From Podarcis filfolensis (taxonomy: Eukaryota), in assembly GCA_964270895.1 (NCBI GenBank), contig OZ185445.1: DNA of 64,000 nucleotides. The stretch is one strand, 5' to 3'. This document shows, piece by piece, positions 51,082 to 63,162 of this stretch. Made by a program: the position numbers and the translations under genes. The first letter of the stretch is position 1; every line of letters starts with the position of its first letter. The notes under the pieces are model-generated. The model was not told where the DNA came from. It did not search any database and saw only the letters and a list, made by a program, of their open reading frames with translations.

Positions 51082-53679
51082 GATTGTGCTTCCTACTGAA
51101 CCAGACTGAGAGACCATTTAAAGGCTCAGGAACCCATTGCAGGTGTTATGGATTGAATAGCTACTGCACCTTTTCACAATATTCACAATTTTTCGAGTTT
51201 CACCTGTACTATAAGGTTTATACAGTCTATTTCTTTTTAGAGTACATAGTACACCTGCAATATAACAGGGCTGTAATTTTCATGCTACTGGTTTCAGGAG
51301 TCAAAAGTGCTTCTTTAGAGCAGTAAAACAGAAAATGTGGCCTATAAATAACTTATATTTGAGTTTAGTTATTATGGTAAATAAGATTATTATACTCATA
51401 AACAAATCTGCTTGTTACCTATGGCATTTTTATTTTGTCATATAATTATTTCATGTACATCTCTTCACAGATGTATAAACTATATTTTCAGGAAAATTGC
51501 CACAAAGCGTTGTTAATATGCTGAAAAGTGGTATATTTGTGTATTAGGTACTATAATAATAGATATGAAACATATTTGTATTCATAGATAGCTGCCAAAT
51601 ACCATTTTGTTACAGTACAAACAGGTTGATATTATTAAAATGAAATAGCTCATGACTTATCTGTTTTTCAAATTCAAAGATGTTTGGATCTAAACAGCTA
51701 CTTGGGATAGCGTTTTGTGAGGGGCTTGCGATAGCTGAATAAAATTGTAAAGTTTTTTTTCCTTTGACACCTGACACCCCCTTCATATCCTATCACAAGC
51801 TGCTTTTGATTTTTCCCTCAGTTTCAAAAGCGGTTTGCCAGAAAACATGAGAAAATGCTGTTCAAGGAACAGAAATCTAATGTTTCTCTGGGCTCATAGA
51901 ACTAGTTTCATGGTTCTTGGATGCTTGTCACAGTTCAAAAAGTGTGACAATGCCTACTTCAGTGTTAATGGATACACAGCTATGGATTTCAACAGCCTTC
52001 TATAAATTCAATTAAATCAAGCTGTATTTCTATTTAACAAATCGTTTCCATTGTTTTCTATTGTTTTCATATCTGTCCATCATGACTACTGTTAATCGGG
52101 TATTGGCAGTAAAGTAAATCTAAAACCTACACAAGGATAGAGAAAGTTTATTGAAGGTAGTGTTCCTCTAAAATCCTAAGAAGGTATAGAGTCCATTAAG
52201 TTAGAAATCTGAAGGGGGGCGGGAATTCTTTCCAAACTTCTATTGGCAGAATCTTATGGTTAAAGTAAGAATCTCCCTCACCAAAACATGATGTTAATTT
52301 TGAAGTGTAAAAAATAAACCAAGGAGGTAGTTGAAGTAGAAAAAGCAATACTAATGAGTGGCTTCAACTGTTTAAAAAATGAGTGCATAAATTGTAAATT
52401 CATATGTTATTTCTGGATATAATAAATGATGTTTTATGACATTTTGGTAATAAGGACCACCAAGAGCAGAAGTGATTCTTGATTTAAACCTAAGCGGTAC
52501 ACAAGATCAGGTGCAAATGTGCTTTCACAATCATACATATATGAGCGGAATATATTCCTTCATCAATATTCAGGAGGGGAAGTTTCTCAAAAATGAAGGT
52601 ACTGAAGGTTGAAATATCATTATGAAGCTTGTAGTTTATATAAAACGACTATGATATAGATTCAATAGCAATCTATAGGACTCATCAGAAAAGACTCAAA
52701 AGCGCCAAAGAATGCTCATAGACAAAATGCAAATTAAGGAAGTTATGAAAGGCAAGAGGAATTATTTTTAAATTGTGTTCACATGAGGAAATTGAAAAAG
52801 AGCACAAACTGGGAAACAAAAACCACAAATTCACTATAAGAAAAGGCAAAAATATAAATATAAAAACCAATAACAAATGTTTATTTACATTCACTAGATG
52901 CTGGAAGTGAGCCAGAAGAACAGTAGCCCAGTTTACATGCAACACTAAACCATGGTTTAGCACTAAGTGGACAAGACTCTGTGAGCTGAATGAAGCTTTG
53001 GGTTTGCATGCTTTTCCTTTCCCTCTGCTCCTCTAATGTACTTGGGAGGACTTCTGCCAAGTTTAGTTTTTCTTCCAAAGACCCTTGGTTCCACTTTCTT
53101 TGCCCAATGTAGTAGTTCCAGACAGGTATTTATTGTGGAACTTTATTTATTGATTTAATTTATTTATTGCGTGTAAATTTGCTACAGTTCACATGAAGTC
53201 ATCCCCTCCCCCAGAACATTTTTCATGGAAAATTTAACAGGTTGTTTTTTAAAAAACCTGTTGCAAAATATGTGTTTGTGATGTTACACTCCCATTTGAA
53301 AGCACACTATGGCACTGAAGGCATTTTATTCATAATAAACATCTGTATCGTGCATGGCTCTAACTTGGCTGCAGCCAACTAGATAAAGATCTTGAAGTGA
53401 AAAGACTTACTGGAAATCATTTGTCCAGGAAGAGAAAACATTTACAAAAGAATTGAAAAGAAAACTGTAAATATAATGCCAATATGTAAGCTTACATTGC
53501 AGCCACAGGCAAGTCCAGTTTAGTTTGTGTTGGGGGTGGAGAAGATGTCTAAGGGGAACACTACAGAAATCAATAACTTTATGAACAACGTGGAGTAAGT
53601 GACTAGATTATCTCTATTTCACAATATAGTACTGAATCTTGGGCTATCCAATAAAACGGATGGGCTGTAGTAGACTGAA

Positions 53680-53850
53680 ATAGATATTTCTTTACACAAT
53701 ATATAAAAGTAATGGAATTCACTGCACATTGGGGAAATGGCCCTCACTTAGATGGCTATGAAAAGGATTAGACAAATTCATGAAAGATAAATCTATCAAC
53801 TGTTATTAGTTAAGAGGGCTAAGTGGGTCCTCGATGTTCAGAAAAAGGAA
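53680..53850 (+). mobile_element. CR1 LINE 3' fragment
   Basis: gatggctatgaaaaggattagacaaattcatgaaagataaatctatcaac matches the squamate CR1 ORF2 end/3'UTR as recalled. Confidence 0.75.
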
Positions 53851-56800
53851 TCACAAAAAAGGAATAAAACAGGGCTATCACTCTCACGTCCTATTTGTTA
53901 CCTTTCTACTATTGGAAGCAGAATTCAAAACTAGAACTTTGTCCAATTCAGCAAGGCAAATTTTTTTATAGTGGTGCCAAACATTGTAATATCATAGTTG
54001 AGCTTTCATTGTGTGTGAAAAGAGATGAATAATTTCCACTGATTAAAAAATGATGGTTCAATAACCACCTGTGGATTCCCTGATAATTACCAGGGAGTGA
54101 CAGGGACTAAACAACTGCACAGCCTGATGACACTGGTGCCTGGAGTTTTTATGCCAATGGATGGGTTTGATGTCAATGAATGTGTGATGGATTTCCTTTG
54201 TCACACCATTTGGAAATCTTTTAACTGAATTAATTTATATATATATATATTTTGCGGGGAGGATATTATACTCCTCCTTTGATTATACCACATCAGAATG
54301 CAGGTAGGGGAATCACATGTCTCTGTGCTAGATTACAAACATTCTCTCTGACATGTTAGCTTTCCAGAGCCTGGAAGTTTTTGACACAGCATTCTGAAGT
54401 GGTGGAGTATCAGGAGAACTGTACTATATGCTTTTTCTGGGTAGCTCATATGAAGATTTGCATGATAAACCAGGTTACATGTTTCAGGGAAGGTCTGGAA
54501 AGTTGCTGCACAGAAGTGGCTCCCACACAGATATGTACACCTACTATATTTTGCACACAAGTACCCGGGAACATACTCTACTTAAATCCATATAATCATA
54601 TGTGACCCTCCTTACATTCCCCATTGAGATAGTTTCTGCTCTGTTAGCTTATGGGCATATTTATGTAATCACGTAAGACTGTACAGCATTTTACAAAAAG
54701 CAGAAACAAGATTAGTTATCTAAATAATCTGCAACAGCAATCATAATGGTATTATTCACATCTGTCACAATACTTCTCATGAATCACTGATTTCAGTGCT
54801 TTCATTCATCTGCATTTTGGACTATACCATATAAGATGTATTCTAAATGCCAGGGCAAGTATGACACCATAAATATTTAGTTCTGCAGATTTTTCTCTTC
54901 CTGCACCAGTGGCTGTGTTGAGGCCTTTCTGAAGAACCAAGTGATCTTCCTTCTCAGTGAGTTTCACACCCACCTCCTTCCTTTTGCCGAACGGGAAACA
55001 TTCAAGAAATAAGGTTTTCAATCTCACATAGTGTGGCATTTTTCTTCTAGAGAAACTAGTTAGGCATTTAAAATGCCCAAATAACAAAGTATCAAGGGAA
55101 GGAAATCAATGTCAAACTATCAACACTAATATAATTTCAAAGGGCAACTTTAAAAATAAAGCAAGCAAAACAGTTAAGTATGTGAATGCTAATAATGCAG
55201 CCAATATAAAATATCACTAGTAAGAAGGGCAAGAAAATGATTAGGAAGGAAAAAATAAAACTAATGTGAAACGATTTGGTCATTCTGGATAATTTTTTTT
55301 TCCTTTTCATGATAACATTACAAATATATGCAGATATGTTAATAATGCTCTTTCCAGCTATGACCTTGGGTACCAGCCATTCAATGGCAGGTTGGTCCCA
55401 AATGTCTGAATTGAAGCTGACCTGATGGATCAAATCCTGTGGGTCTTGAATTTCCATTTCAAAAGCTTAGTATCCTATCTCATTTATGATCAACCTCCTG
55501 TAACTAAGAGACAGTTGTAGCTTAACAACTTTACTTTAGTAAGGATAACTGGGGCTCTGAGAACTGCATTATAAAATGTACTTACAACACAGCTGCTAAT
55601 AGGCCTTAATGATTCTTGATTATGTTTCAATGAAAGGCAACCAAGTAACAGGCTACTGATCTTGTAGATCAAACAACTTTTCTGCAGCCTCACATAGACT
55701 GCAGCTGCTACCTACTTCTTATGCCAGTGCAAACATCGCCGCAGAATATACAATTGTGCAATAAATATCTTAGCATATTTAAGGCAGTTCCCCATGATTC
55801 AATAGTCACATTAGCAACTATACATATAAGGAAGACAAAAATTTTGAAGACACTGCAATGAAACTGCTTTCTATTATTGGTAGAGGGTGATATGGTAGGC
55901 GGATAATAAAGTAAAGAAACATTGTGATATTAACAAACAGATATTCTTAAACAGATCTGTATGAATCTTTATATATTTCTCATTAAGAAAGGTACTTCTT
56001 ATAGTAGTCATGCTGTGGATTTTGTTCTAACATTCTAATAGAATCCTGCTTGCAGAATTTTATTTTAACTCTGTAAACTGCAAGTAAATAATGATAAGAC
56101 ATCCTAGCCTGTCTGATAATCTTTGACAACAATTCTAACAGTGCCATTGTGGCCACTGGAGAAACCTGCATGTACTAAACCCTGACCCACAGAGCCTTTT
56201 ATCTGCATGTGTACTCTCCACAGGCCAAGCAAATAAAGGCCAACTGATAATTTACACATGAATGAACTTTCTCTGCAGAGTAGGCACCAGAGACATTTCT
56301 TTTCTCTGTTATTGAGAGAAAAGCAGCCAGGTCTGAGCTTGTCTCACCAGAAATCATACAAGTGAAACAGTGATATGTCCGAAAATGGCAGATCAGCAAA
56401 GGAAAGCTGTTCTGAATGCCTGATAAAAAATGGCAGCCACAAAGGACTAGAAGAATATTTAGCTTGAAACAGGTCTGACAATAACAATGGGTCTTTATCC
56501 TATTCCAAACAGGTAGTGCCTTACAAACTGAAATGGAGATACAATCCTGATAGAAGATTACACAAGATACCTGAATGGCTATCTTTAAAGAATTTAACCT
56601 GCATTTTAATGAAGTGTGAACTCTGGGTTCCTTGATATCTATCAGCCGCTATCAGTGCATCTAATTCTCCATCCATGGCTTAAATGAAAAGGCATGTGTC
56701 ACCAAACAGACCTGGCTATTTATTTGGGTTTTGAATCAACACATCCTAAAGCTTCAAGGTCAGTTACAATAAATGTAGAAACCTGTAATGATTTTTTTTT

Positions 56801-57072
56801 TATAATGCAAGTCTATTGCTAAAACTATTTATTTAACGACAAGATAGAAGAAGAAATCTAAAAAGGGACACAGCATAGTTTGTAAGCTGAAAAATTGTAG
56901 AACATAGCTACATAAGGCTTTTCATCAGTGTTTGAAATTTGCCAGGTGGCAGGTGCATTTTGCACCTGGCTATTGGCCACTTGCAACCAAGTGAAGATGC
57001 CTAGGCGCCAGGTTGCTGCCTGACGTCTCCACCATCTGGAGGTGAATGAAGTAGATCAATGACTACTTCTAC

Positions 57073-57268
57073 CAGGGGAGGAATTAGGTAACATGGCACC
57101 CTGAATGAGGACAAAATTTGGCATCCCCTGAAAAGGACAAATATATATGCGCCCCCTTCCGTTCTGTTTATACCCCCTCCCCAAATACTTATTAATTTTC
57201 ATAGTAATTCCTTTTGGTACAGTTGCTTATTTATGGAACTTCTCAGCAGATACCTGTATAACTATAGG

Positions 57269-57314
<46 letters not shown>

Positions 57315-57375
57315 TTGCACCCCCTCAGCTTGGCGCCCTGTGCAGGGGAAGCACCCACACCACCCTAAATCTAGT
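57073..57375. mobile_element. Degenerate hAT-like non-autonomous relic containing a (TAT)n run (57271-57315)
   Basis: Decayed termini caggggaggaattagg / ccctaaatc and subterminal ggcaccc/ggcgccc motifs; no clean TSD. Confidence 0.35.
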
Positions 57376-57865
57376 GCAGATACTACAACCCATGTCCCAT
57401 TCCCAGACTATTTTGCTCCCAGGAGACTTTTCCAAGATAGTTCCAGACACTAGACACCTTTAAATTTATTAGATACAAATATGGCTAACCTCTCAAAACC
57501 TGTAACTGCCCTAGCAGTCAATTCTGGATAGATATATACAGTACCTAACAAATTTTGCATTACGTTATTTATTTTCAGTATGTTGAGAAGCCAATCTTCC
57601 ATGTGCTTCCATCATGTATTGTGAGTGGTTCATATAGAAGAAGGAAGAGATTACTAAATTAGAGGTAAGTTTCAGAAATATGAATCAGCCTCTAGCATTA
57701 TTTCTCCATTCATGTCAGCTGATGAGGCCCTGCTTCCACTGCACTATTTCTTGCTGATGCTTGGCTTAAACTAGGGATAGTACTGGAATAACATACTTCC
57801 CTTGTCCATCATTTGTTCTGAATAGATTTCCCATAGTGTACCTTGCCACTGATCCCAATGAAGGT

Positions 57866-58455
57866 CATAGGAACACAAGAAACTGCCTTATACAGAGTCA
57901 GAGCATTGAGCCTGTATAGTGACCGGCAGTGGTTATTAATCAAGGGTTTTCAGAGAAAGGACCAGTGGCGTAGCGTGGGGGGTGCAGGGGGGGCTGGCCG
58001 CACCGGGCGCAACATCTGGGGGGGCACGCTCGCACTCGCAGCTCTCTGCCCCTACCTGGCTCACTCACTCTCTCTCACTGCAGTGCTAGCTGTGCGAATC
58101 CGATCCGAGCCGCCGGGTCGCCGCCCACTGTGGAGGGGGTGGGTGCCAGGCGTGCGGTGCGGAGAGAGAGCGAGGGACTATCTGGGGGAGGGACAGTGCA
58201 GCGGCCACCCAGCGCAGCGCTGAGCGTGGGAGAGAACCACACCACACCAGACCAGACCAGGCAGCAGCAAGAAGAAGCTGGCAGCGGCGGCAGGTTAGGG
58301 GTTAGGGGGCGCAAATTACTTGCCTTGCCCCGGGTGCTGACAACCCACGCTACGCCACTGGAAAGGACTTTCACAATCCTACCTGGAGATGCTGGGATCT
58401 GAACCTGGAAGCTTCAGCATGCAAAACATGTGCTCTACCATGGATCTATGGCCCC
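57866..58455 (-). mobile_element. tRNA-derived squamate SINE split by the hAT MITE
   Basis: Minus strand ggggccatagatccatggtagagc (A box) and ggttcagatccc (B box); LINE-like 3' end gtataaggcagtttcttgtgttcctatg; the two halves join at the duplicated GAAAGGAC. Confidence 0.75.
57963..58360. mobile_element. hAT-superfamily non-autonomous element, 398 bp (same family as 33155)
   Basis: Same perfect 17-bp TIR; perfect 8-bp TSD GAAAGGAC (57955-57962, 58361-58368). Confidence 0.95.
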
Positions 58456-59891
58456 ACTTCTAAGTCAGTTCACTACTCATTCTATTCTGTTTCCTGTTTT
58501 AAATTTGAGTCTCTTATCAGGTCATGAGGAGATTATTAGGCTGAATTTAGAAGACTGGGGTGGGGGGAGAAAGAGAGAACAGGAAACAATAGGGAGTGCT
58601 TGACTAGAAAACCTGGTATCAATAATTGGCTGTTTGAACAGAACTGGAATTTCCCTACTCTGCCGTAAAAATGGAAATCTTACAGGCAAATGAATCTGTA
58701 CGGTTAGATTTCTAGAAAAGCAGTTTGTTGTCAGTCCTACAAGGTCTTTCATTTGCAGTTTCTAATGTGACGCTAGGGGCTGGAGGAATAGGCTTGGTTT
58801 ATGGACCTTTTAGTTATGGATCATCTAATTCTATCTCAAAGCTCCATGGCAGCATGAACATTACCTTTGTACTTTCTTGCATATTGCCACAGTAATATCA
58901 CTGCCTACAGAGCTTATCTGTTATAAACCATCGCATCTTTGACTGCAAGTCTCCAGTAATAAGAGCAGAATATTGAGAATAATCACATGAACTGGACTGT
59001 GTACTTTATTAGCTTCAACAGAAATGCTTTTTTTAAAAAAATCATATTATAAATTTGTTAGGGGACAGTCTATTGAATTCTCCACCCATTGAAATACATA
59101 CAGTTGCCCACTCCGAGGCAATTATGAAATCTGGAATATAATCACTGACTTAATGACTCAATGAGACCATGATGAAATGTGGAGGTCAATGGTCTCTGCT
59201 CCTGACTGGGCTAGTCCCCCTTACAACCCTATAACAGCAAAGGTGAAGTTGTCAGTGTTTGGTGACACCATCACCAGTGTCCTTTCCTAATTAGGGAAAA
59301 TGAAATAAAAGTGTCTCCCCAACCTGCCTGTGACACTAGAGACCCTTCAGTTGTGTTGCATATTGCAGGCCCTTTACTTTGCCCCACAGATATCAATGGG
59401 AACCACTGAAATTTATGACAATAAATTGCTACTGGGGAATGCAGTTGGGATGAGGAAATCCCTGAATCAAGTGACCTACTGTAAGTACTGTAGGGCTTTT
59501 GCCTTACTTCCAAATGTGTTACCAAGAATAGTGAGATATTTCCTCTAATGAAAGTGAATGGCCTCTCTTTTGCCCTCACTCAATGGCTATAGATTTTGCC
59601 TCCACTCAAATGGTGTCCTTGAGAGCTTTGCTTCATTTTCTGCCACACACACACACACACACACACAAAAGGAACTGTCACAGAATTAACTGGCTCCATT
59701 AATGTCTGTAGTGGAGGGTTACAGATTGGGTCAAAAACAGGTGGCACTGTGGTAAGGTGGCTACCTAGCTGGCTCAACCTTTCCTTTTGCCACCATGGTG
59801 AAAGGAGAGGAACCTCCCCTCCCCCCACTAACAAAGATACTTCTCCTTGCCTCCGTTACTCAGGGGCAATGCTGCTGCTGAGGGAGACGGG

Positions 59892-60065
59892 GAGTACTTT
59901 CTTTCTAAAAAAATATTTCGGGGTACTCTCATTTTGACTCAAGAAAACCACCATTTTATAGTTCAAATTGGGAAAAATAAATACAGTAAATTGACCAAAG
60001 TACAAAGATTCACAAAATGTTTAGGGGTACGCATACCCCTGTGTACCCCCAGAAAAAAAGCACTG
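59892..60065. mobile_element. hAT MITE, 174 bp
   Basis: Termini gagtactttctttct / agaaaaaaagcactg (decayed CAGTGCTTTTTTTCT TIR); 8-bp TSD GAGACGGG / GAGATGGG with one CpG-type change. Confidence 0.85.
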
Positions 60066-60606
60066 GAGATGGGGAAGAGACAATGAGACTCACACCTGGT
60101 TTGCAGCAAAGCTCTTCTTGGTTCCCTTCCTTAGCCATGGCAACAGCCTTCAGATAGTGCTGGAAGGGGGAGACTAGTAAAGGTTTTTGACTCCCAGACA
60201 GCCTGGAAACTGGTAGTGTATATATATTTATTAGATTTATATACTACCTCTGTGCTCAGGCACTTGAGGCAGTTTTTACTTTTAAAGTACTAAAACAAAT
60301 ACATTATATAAAATGTGGCATGACAAAATCCTCTCAGGCTAAGTGGGAGATGATGGCACAAGCTTCCTGGACTGGGCTTTCATCTTTCCTCAGGGCACAC
60401 AGAACTCCAGGAAGATAGGAGCTGCTCCAACATTTCTCTCAGGCCATAGAATGTTCTATCAGGAGCTGATGGTGTGTGTGTAAGCTGGTCTGGGCTCCCT
60501 TACTTCTGCCTTCCCTTAGGGCACACAGGTCTTTCTTAAGTAGCTCCAGGGAAGATAGGGAAGGAGCTGCTTATGTAAGATAGAAGAATAGGGTTTCTGA
60601 GCAGTT

Positions 60607-61240
60607 AATGCAGGGTTGGGGAACCTCCTGCCCATAGGCCTAATTAGGCTCAGCACAGTTCCCAGTTTAGCCCAGGAGCATGTTTTATTCAAATCACAAC
60701 CACTTTTCCCCATGCATGGTGTCATGTGGGGCAGGTAAGAAACAATCTAAAGGAACAAGTGGAAACTTAAAGTGAGTTCCCGATTGTTCCCACTGGGAGA
60801 TCCCTAATGCAGCTGATGGGGGTAGCTGTCAGTACTGATCAGCAGACTGGCACTGTCAGCAAGCCCCATTGAAGACACACTTTTGGCCCCAATAAACTTG
60901 CTGGTTTGCAGAGGAGAAATGACTGTTTGCAGATGTGGCTTGAATTTTAACCACACCTGCGGATGGACTTCAAAGGTGCTCACTGTAACTGCCAATCAGC
61001 AGTTATAGAAACTCCCTTTGAAGGTGTGCTCTCAGCACCAGTCAGCTGATGGGTCCTGATGCTACATCATCAAAGGGGCTTGTAGTAACCATCTATCAGG
61101 TGATTGGCGGTTATAGTAAACATCTGTAAAGTCACATAACTTCATCACGATACAAGGTGGCCCCATTCACCTGTCAAAGTTGGTCTATGGGGGTGGGGTG
61201 GGGTTAGGATCTGAAACATTGGCTGGATCCAGTTCATATA
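60607..61240. mobile_element. Possible old hAT-like non-autonomous relic
   Basis: Begins gcagggttggggaacct (Charlie-like terminus); right end not clearly defined. Confidence 0.3.
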
Positions 61241-63015
61241 CAATTTACTACAGATAAGGCACAGATAAGGCAATAAAATGTATGCTTCTGTTTTAGATGC
61301 TAAATTAACTAAAGCTGGGCTTATTACATTGCTGATAATGATGGTGCTAGGAGCTAGCACATTAGCACAAAGACTTTTAATCACTAGTCTATATTTATAT
61401 AACTGAACAACCCACCACTTGAAGTGTAAATCTCATTTGTCACTCTCAAACCTGCATCTTCAACAGACATCCAACAATCTAGTCTACATATTTTGTGTGA
61501 CACTTATGCAGAAGAAAATAATAGGACAAATTAAGTGTTGCCCTATATATTCCATATGTCTAAAAGGTTTTGCTTTTGAAAGTTTTCTTATCCGCTAACA
61601 CAGTTTATCTTTGTGCCTGTCCGATAACTTCATTGGACAGCTAATTATTCAAGCTACATAGAAAGACCATTTATCCTTTGGCATATTCCAAAAACATACT
61701 ACTTCTTCCTGCTACACTTTCTTTGAGAACATAGAAATGGCACTGTTCATAAGTAGCTTGGTTGCAAACATATTCAGTTTCCATTCAGCATAAGATTGTA
61801 AAGTGATAGGAAGCTACATGAAAAGGATGCCGTTGATGTTCATATGACATTTGTTTCTCCCAGAGACTTCCCACTCCTAAACTATTGACACTGAACCAGG
61901 AAAAGTATCTAAAAAGATACTAACTTGATGTTATGCTCCCAAAATCTATCAATGCTAAAAGAAGGAGAGGAAAAGCAAAATAATAGGAAAAGGTTCACAA
62001 TACAGAAAATTACATGTTGAAATGACCAAGCAGGATATTCTCTTAATTTTATATAAATCAGAATATTGATGTATTTTTAAATGCAATAAAGTATAACTGC
62101 TGGCCTTTTATTTTATCAGGACTACAGCATATGAATATCCTATTTAGATATAATTTCTGCATATGAAAATGCATACACCTTGTATACACAGAACCACAGA
62201 AGGCAAACTCAGTTGAGTCTATTTCAGAGGAAACCAATCAGAGTTTCTTACCATGTGCATGCAGCAAATTAGACAAGTGTCATTTGTCACATGTGACTGT
62301 TCATTAAACTGTGACAAGCAATTTCCTACATGGAAGTACTATCTGTGCAGGAAGTTCTAATGCATGAAGTGTACCCCAGTTTGTAACTATGGCCATGGAA
62401 GGGGAATGATTTAGCTGAGGCCATACAAATGAAATGCATAAAGATGGAGAAAAAGGTCTGGGAGTAACAGGCATAGGGATTGAGAGCATGATCACAATCA
62501 GATCTCCAATTTCTGAGCTTGAAAATATTTTACCCTTTTCTCCTCAATGAGTGCAAGAAGCCTGCTTGTTTTAGTGTAAAGCCAGGATTCTGAGAATTTG
62601 GCAAATGTAAGCACATTTGCTGATAGACAGAATGCATGTTATGAAGCATGACTTTGATCATTCAGAGTTCTCTCTCTGGATAAAGAGTTTATTCAGAATA
62701 TTCAGTTCTCTGATCACCACTGTGCTTCTTTCTCATTCTGCTTTAGCATTTAAACTAAGCCGGAGGGCAGCAGTGGCAATATTTGCCAAAACTCATGCCC
62801 ACTCTCTTTCTTGAACTGGGTCTTATGAAGTGTTTTGGTTGTCACCATTCACTCAGAAGCCAAAAGATAATTTATACACTAAGCAGAGCCTCTCTTTCAG
62901 TCTGGTGAACTATAGTCATGAATTATTTCCTCAAATATGTTTCCAGCATGACAACACTACTTTATTTTATAAGATGTACTGGAGCTGAAAACACAGCAGG
63001 GTCAGCTGCAGTTGG

Positions 63016-63162
63016 NNNNNNNNNNNNNNNNNNNNNNNNNNNNNNNNNNNNNNNNNNNNNNNNNNNNNNNNNNNNNNNNNNNNNNNNNNNNNNNNNNNNN
63101 NNNNNNNNNNNNNNNNNNNNNNNNNNNNNNNNNNNNNNNNNNNNNNNNNNNNNNNNNNNNNN
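63016..63162. other. Assembly gap (147 N)
   Basis: Run of N. Confidence 1.

Larger units (their letters stand above)
49565..51206 (-). mobile_element. Tc1/mariner DD34E element (IR/DR type), near full length, interrupted by a SINE
   Basis: TA TSDs at 49563-64 and 51207-08; TIR CAGGTGAAACTCG(G/A)AAAATT; transposase relic inside. Confidence 0.95.

Noticed and set aside
55137-55457. 106-aa minus-strand ORF (EIQDPQDLIHQVSF...)
   Set aside because: Does not match FAM172A or any TE protein I recognise; the second half is low-complexity and AT-rich
56754-56762. Perfect SF-1/ERR site TCAAGGTCA
   Set aside because: About 0.5 matches of a given 9-mer are expected by chance in 64 kb on two strands
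58385-58455. tRNA gene
   Set aside because: A/B boxes are degenerate and continue into a SINE body; no intact cloverleaf
62286-62297. 12-bp palindrome GTCACATGTGAC
   Set aside because: About 15 palindromes of this length are expected by chance in 64 kb
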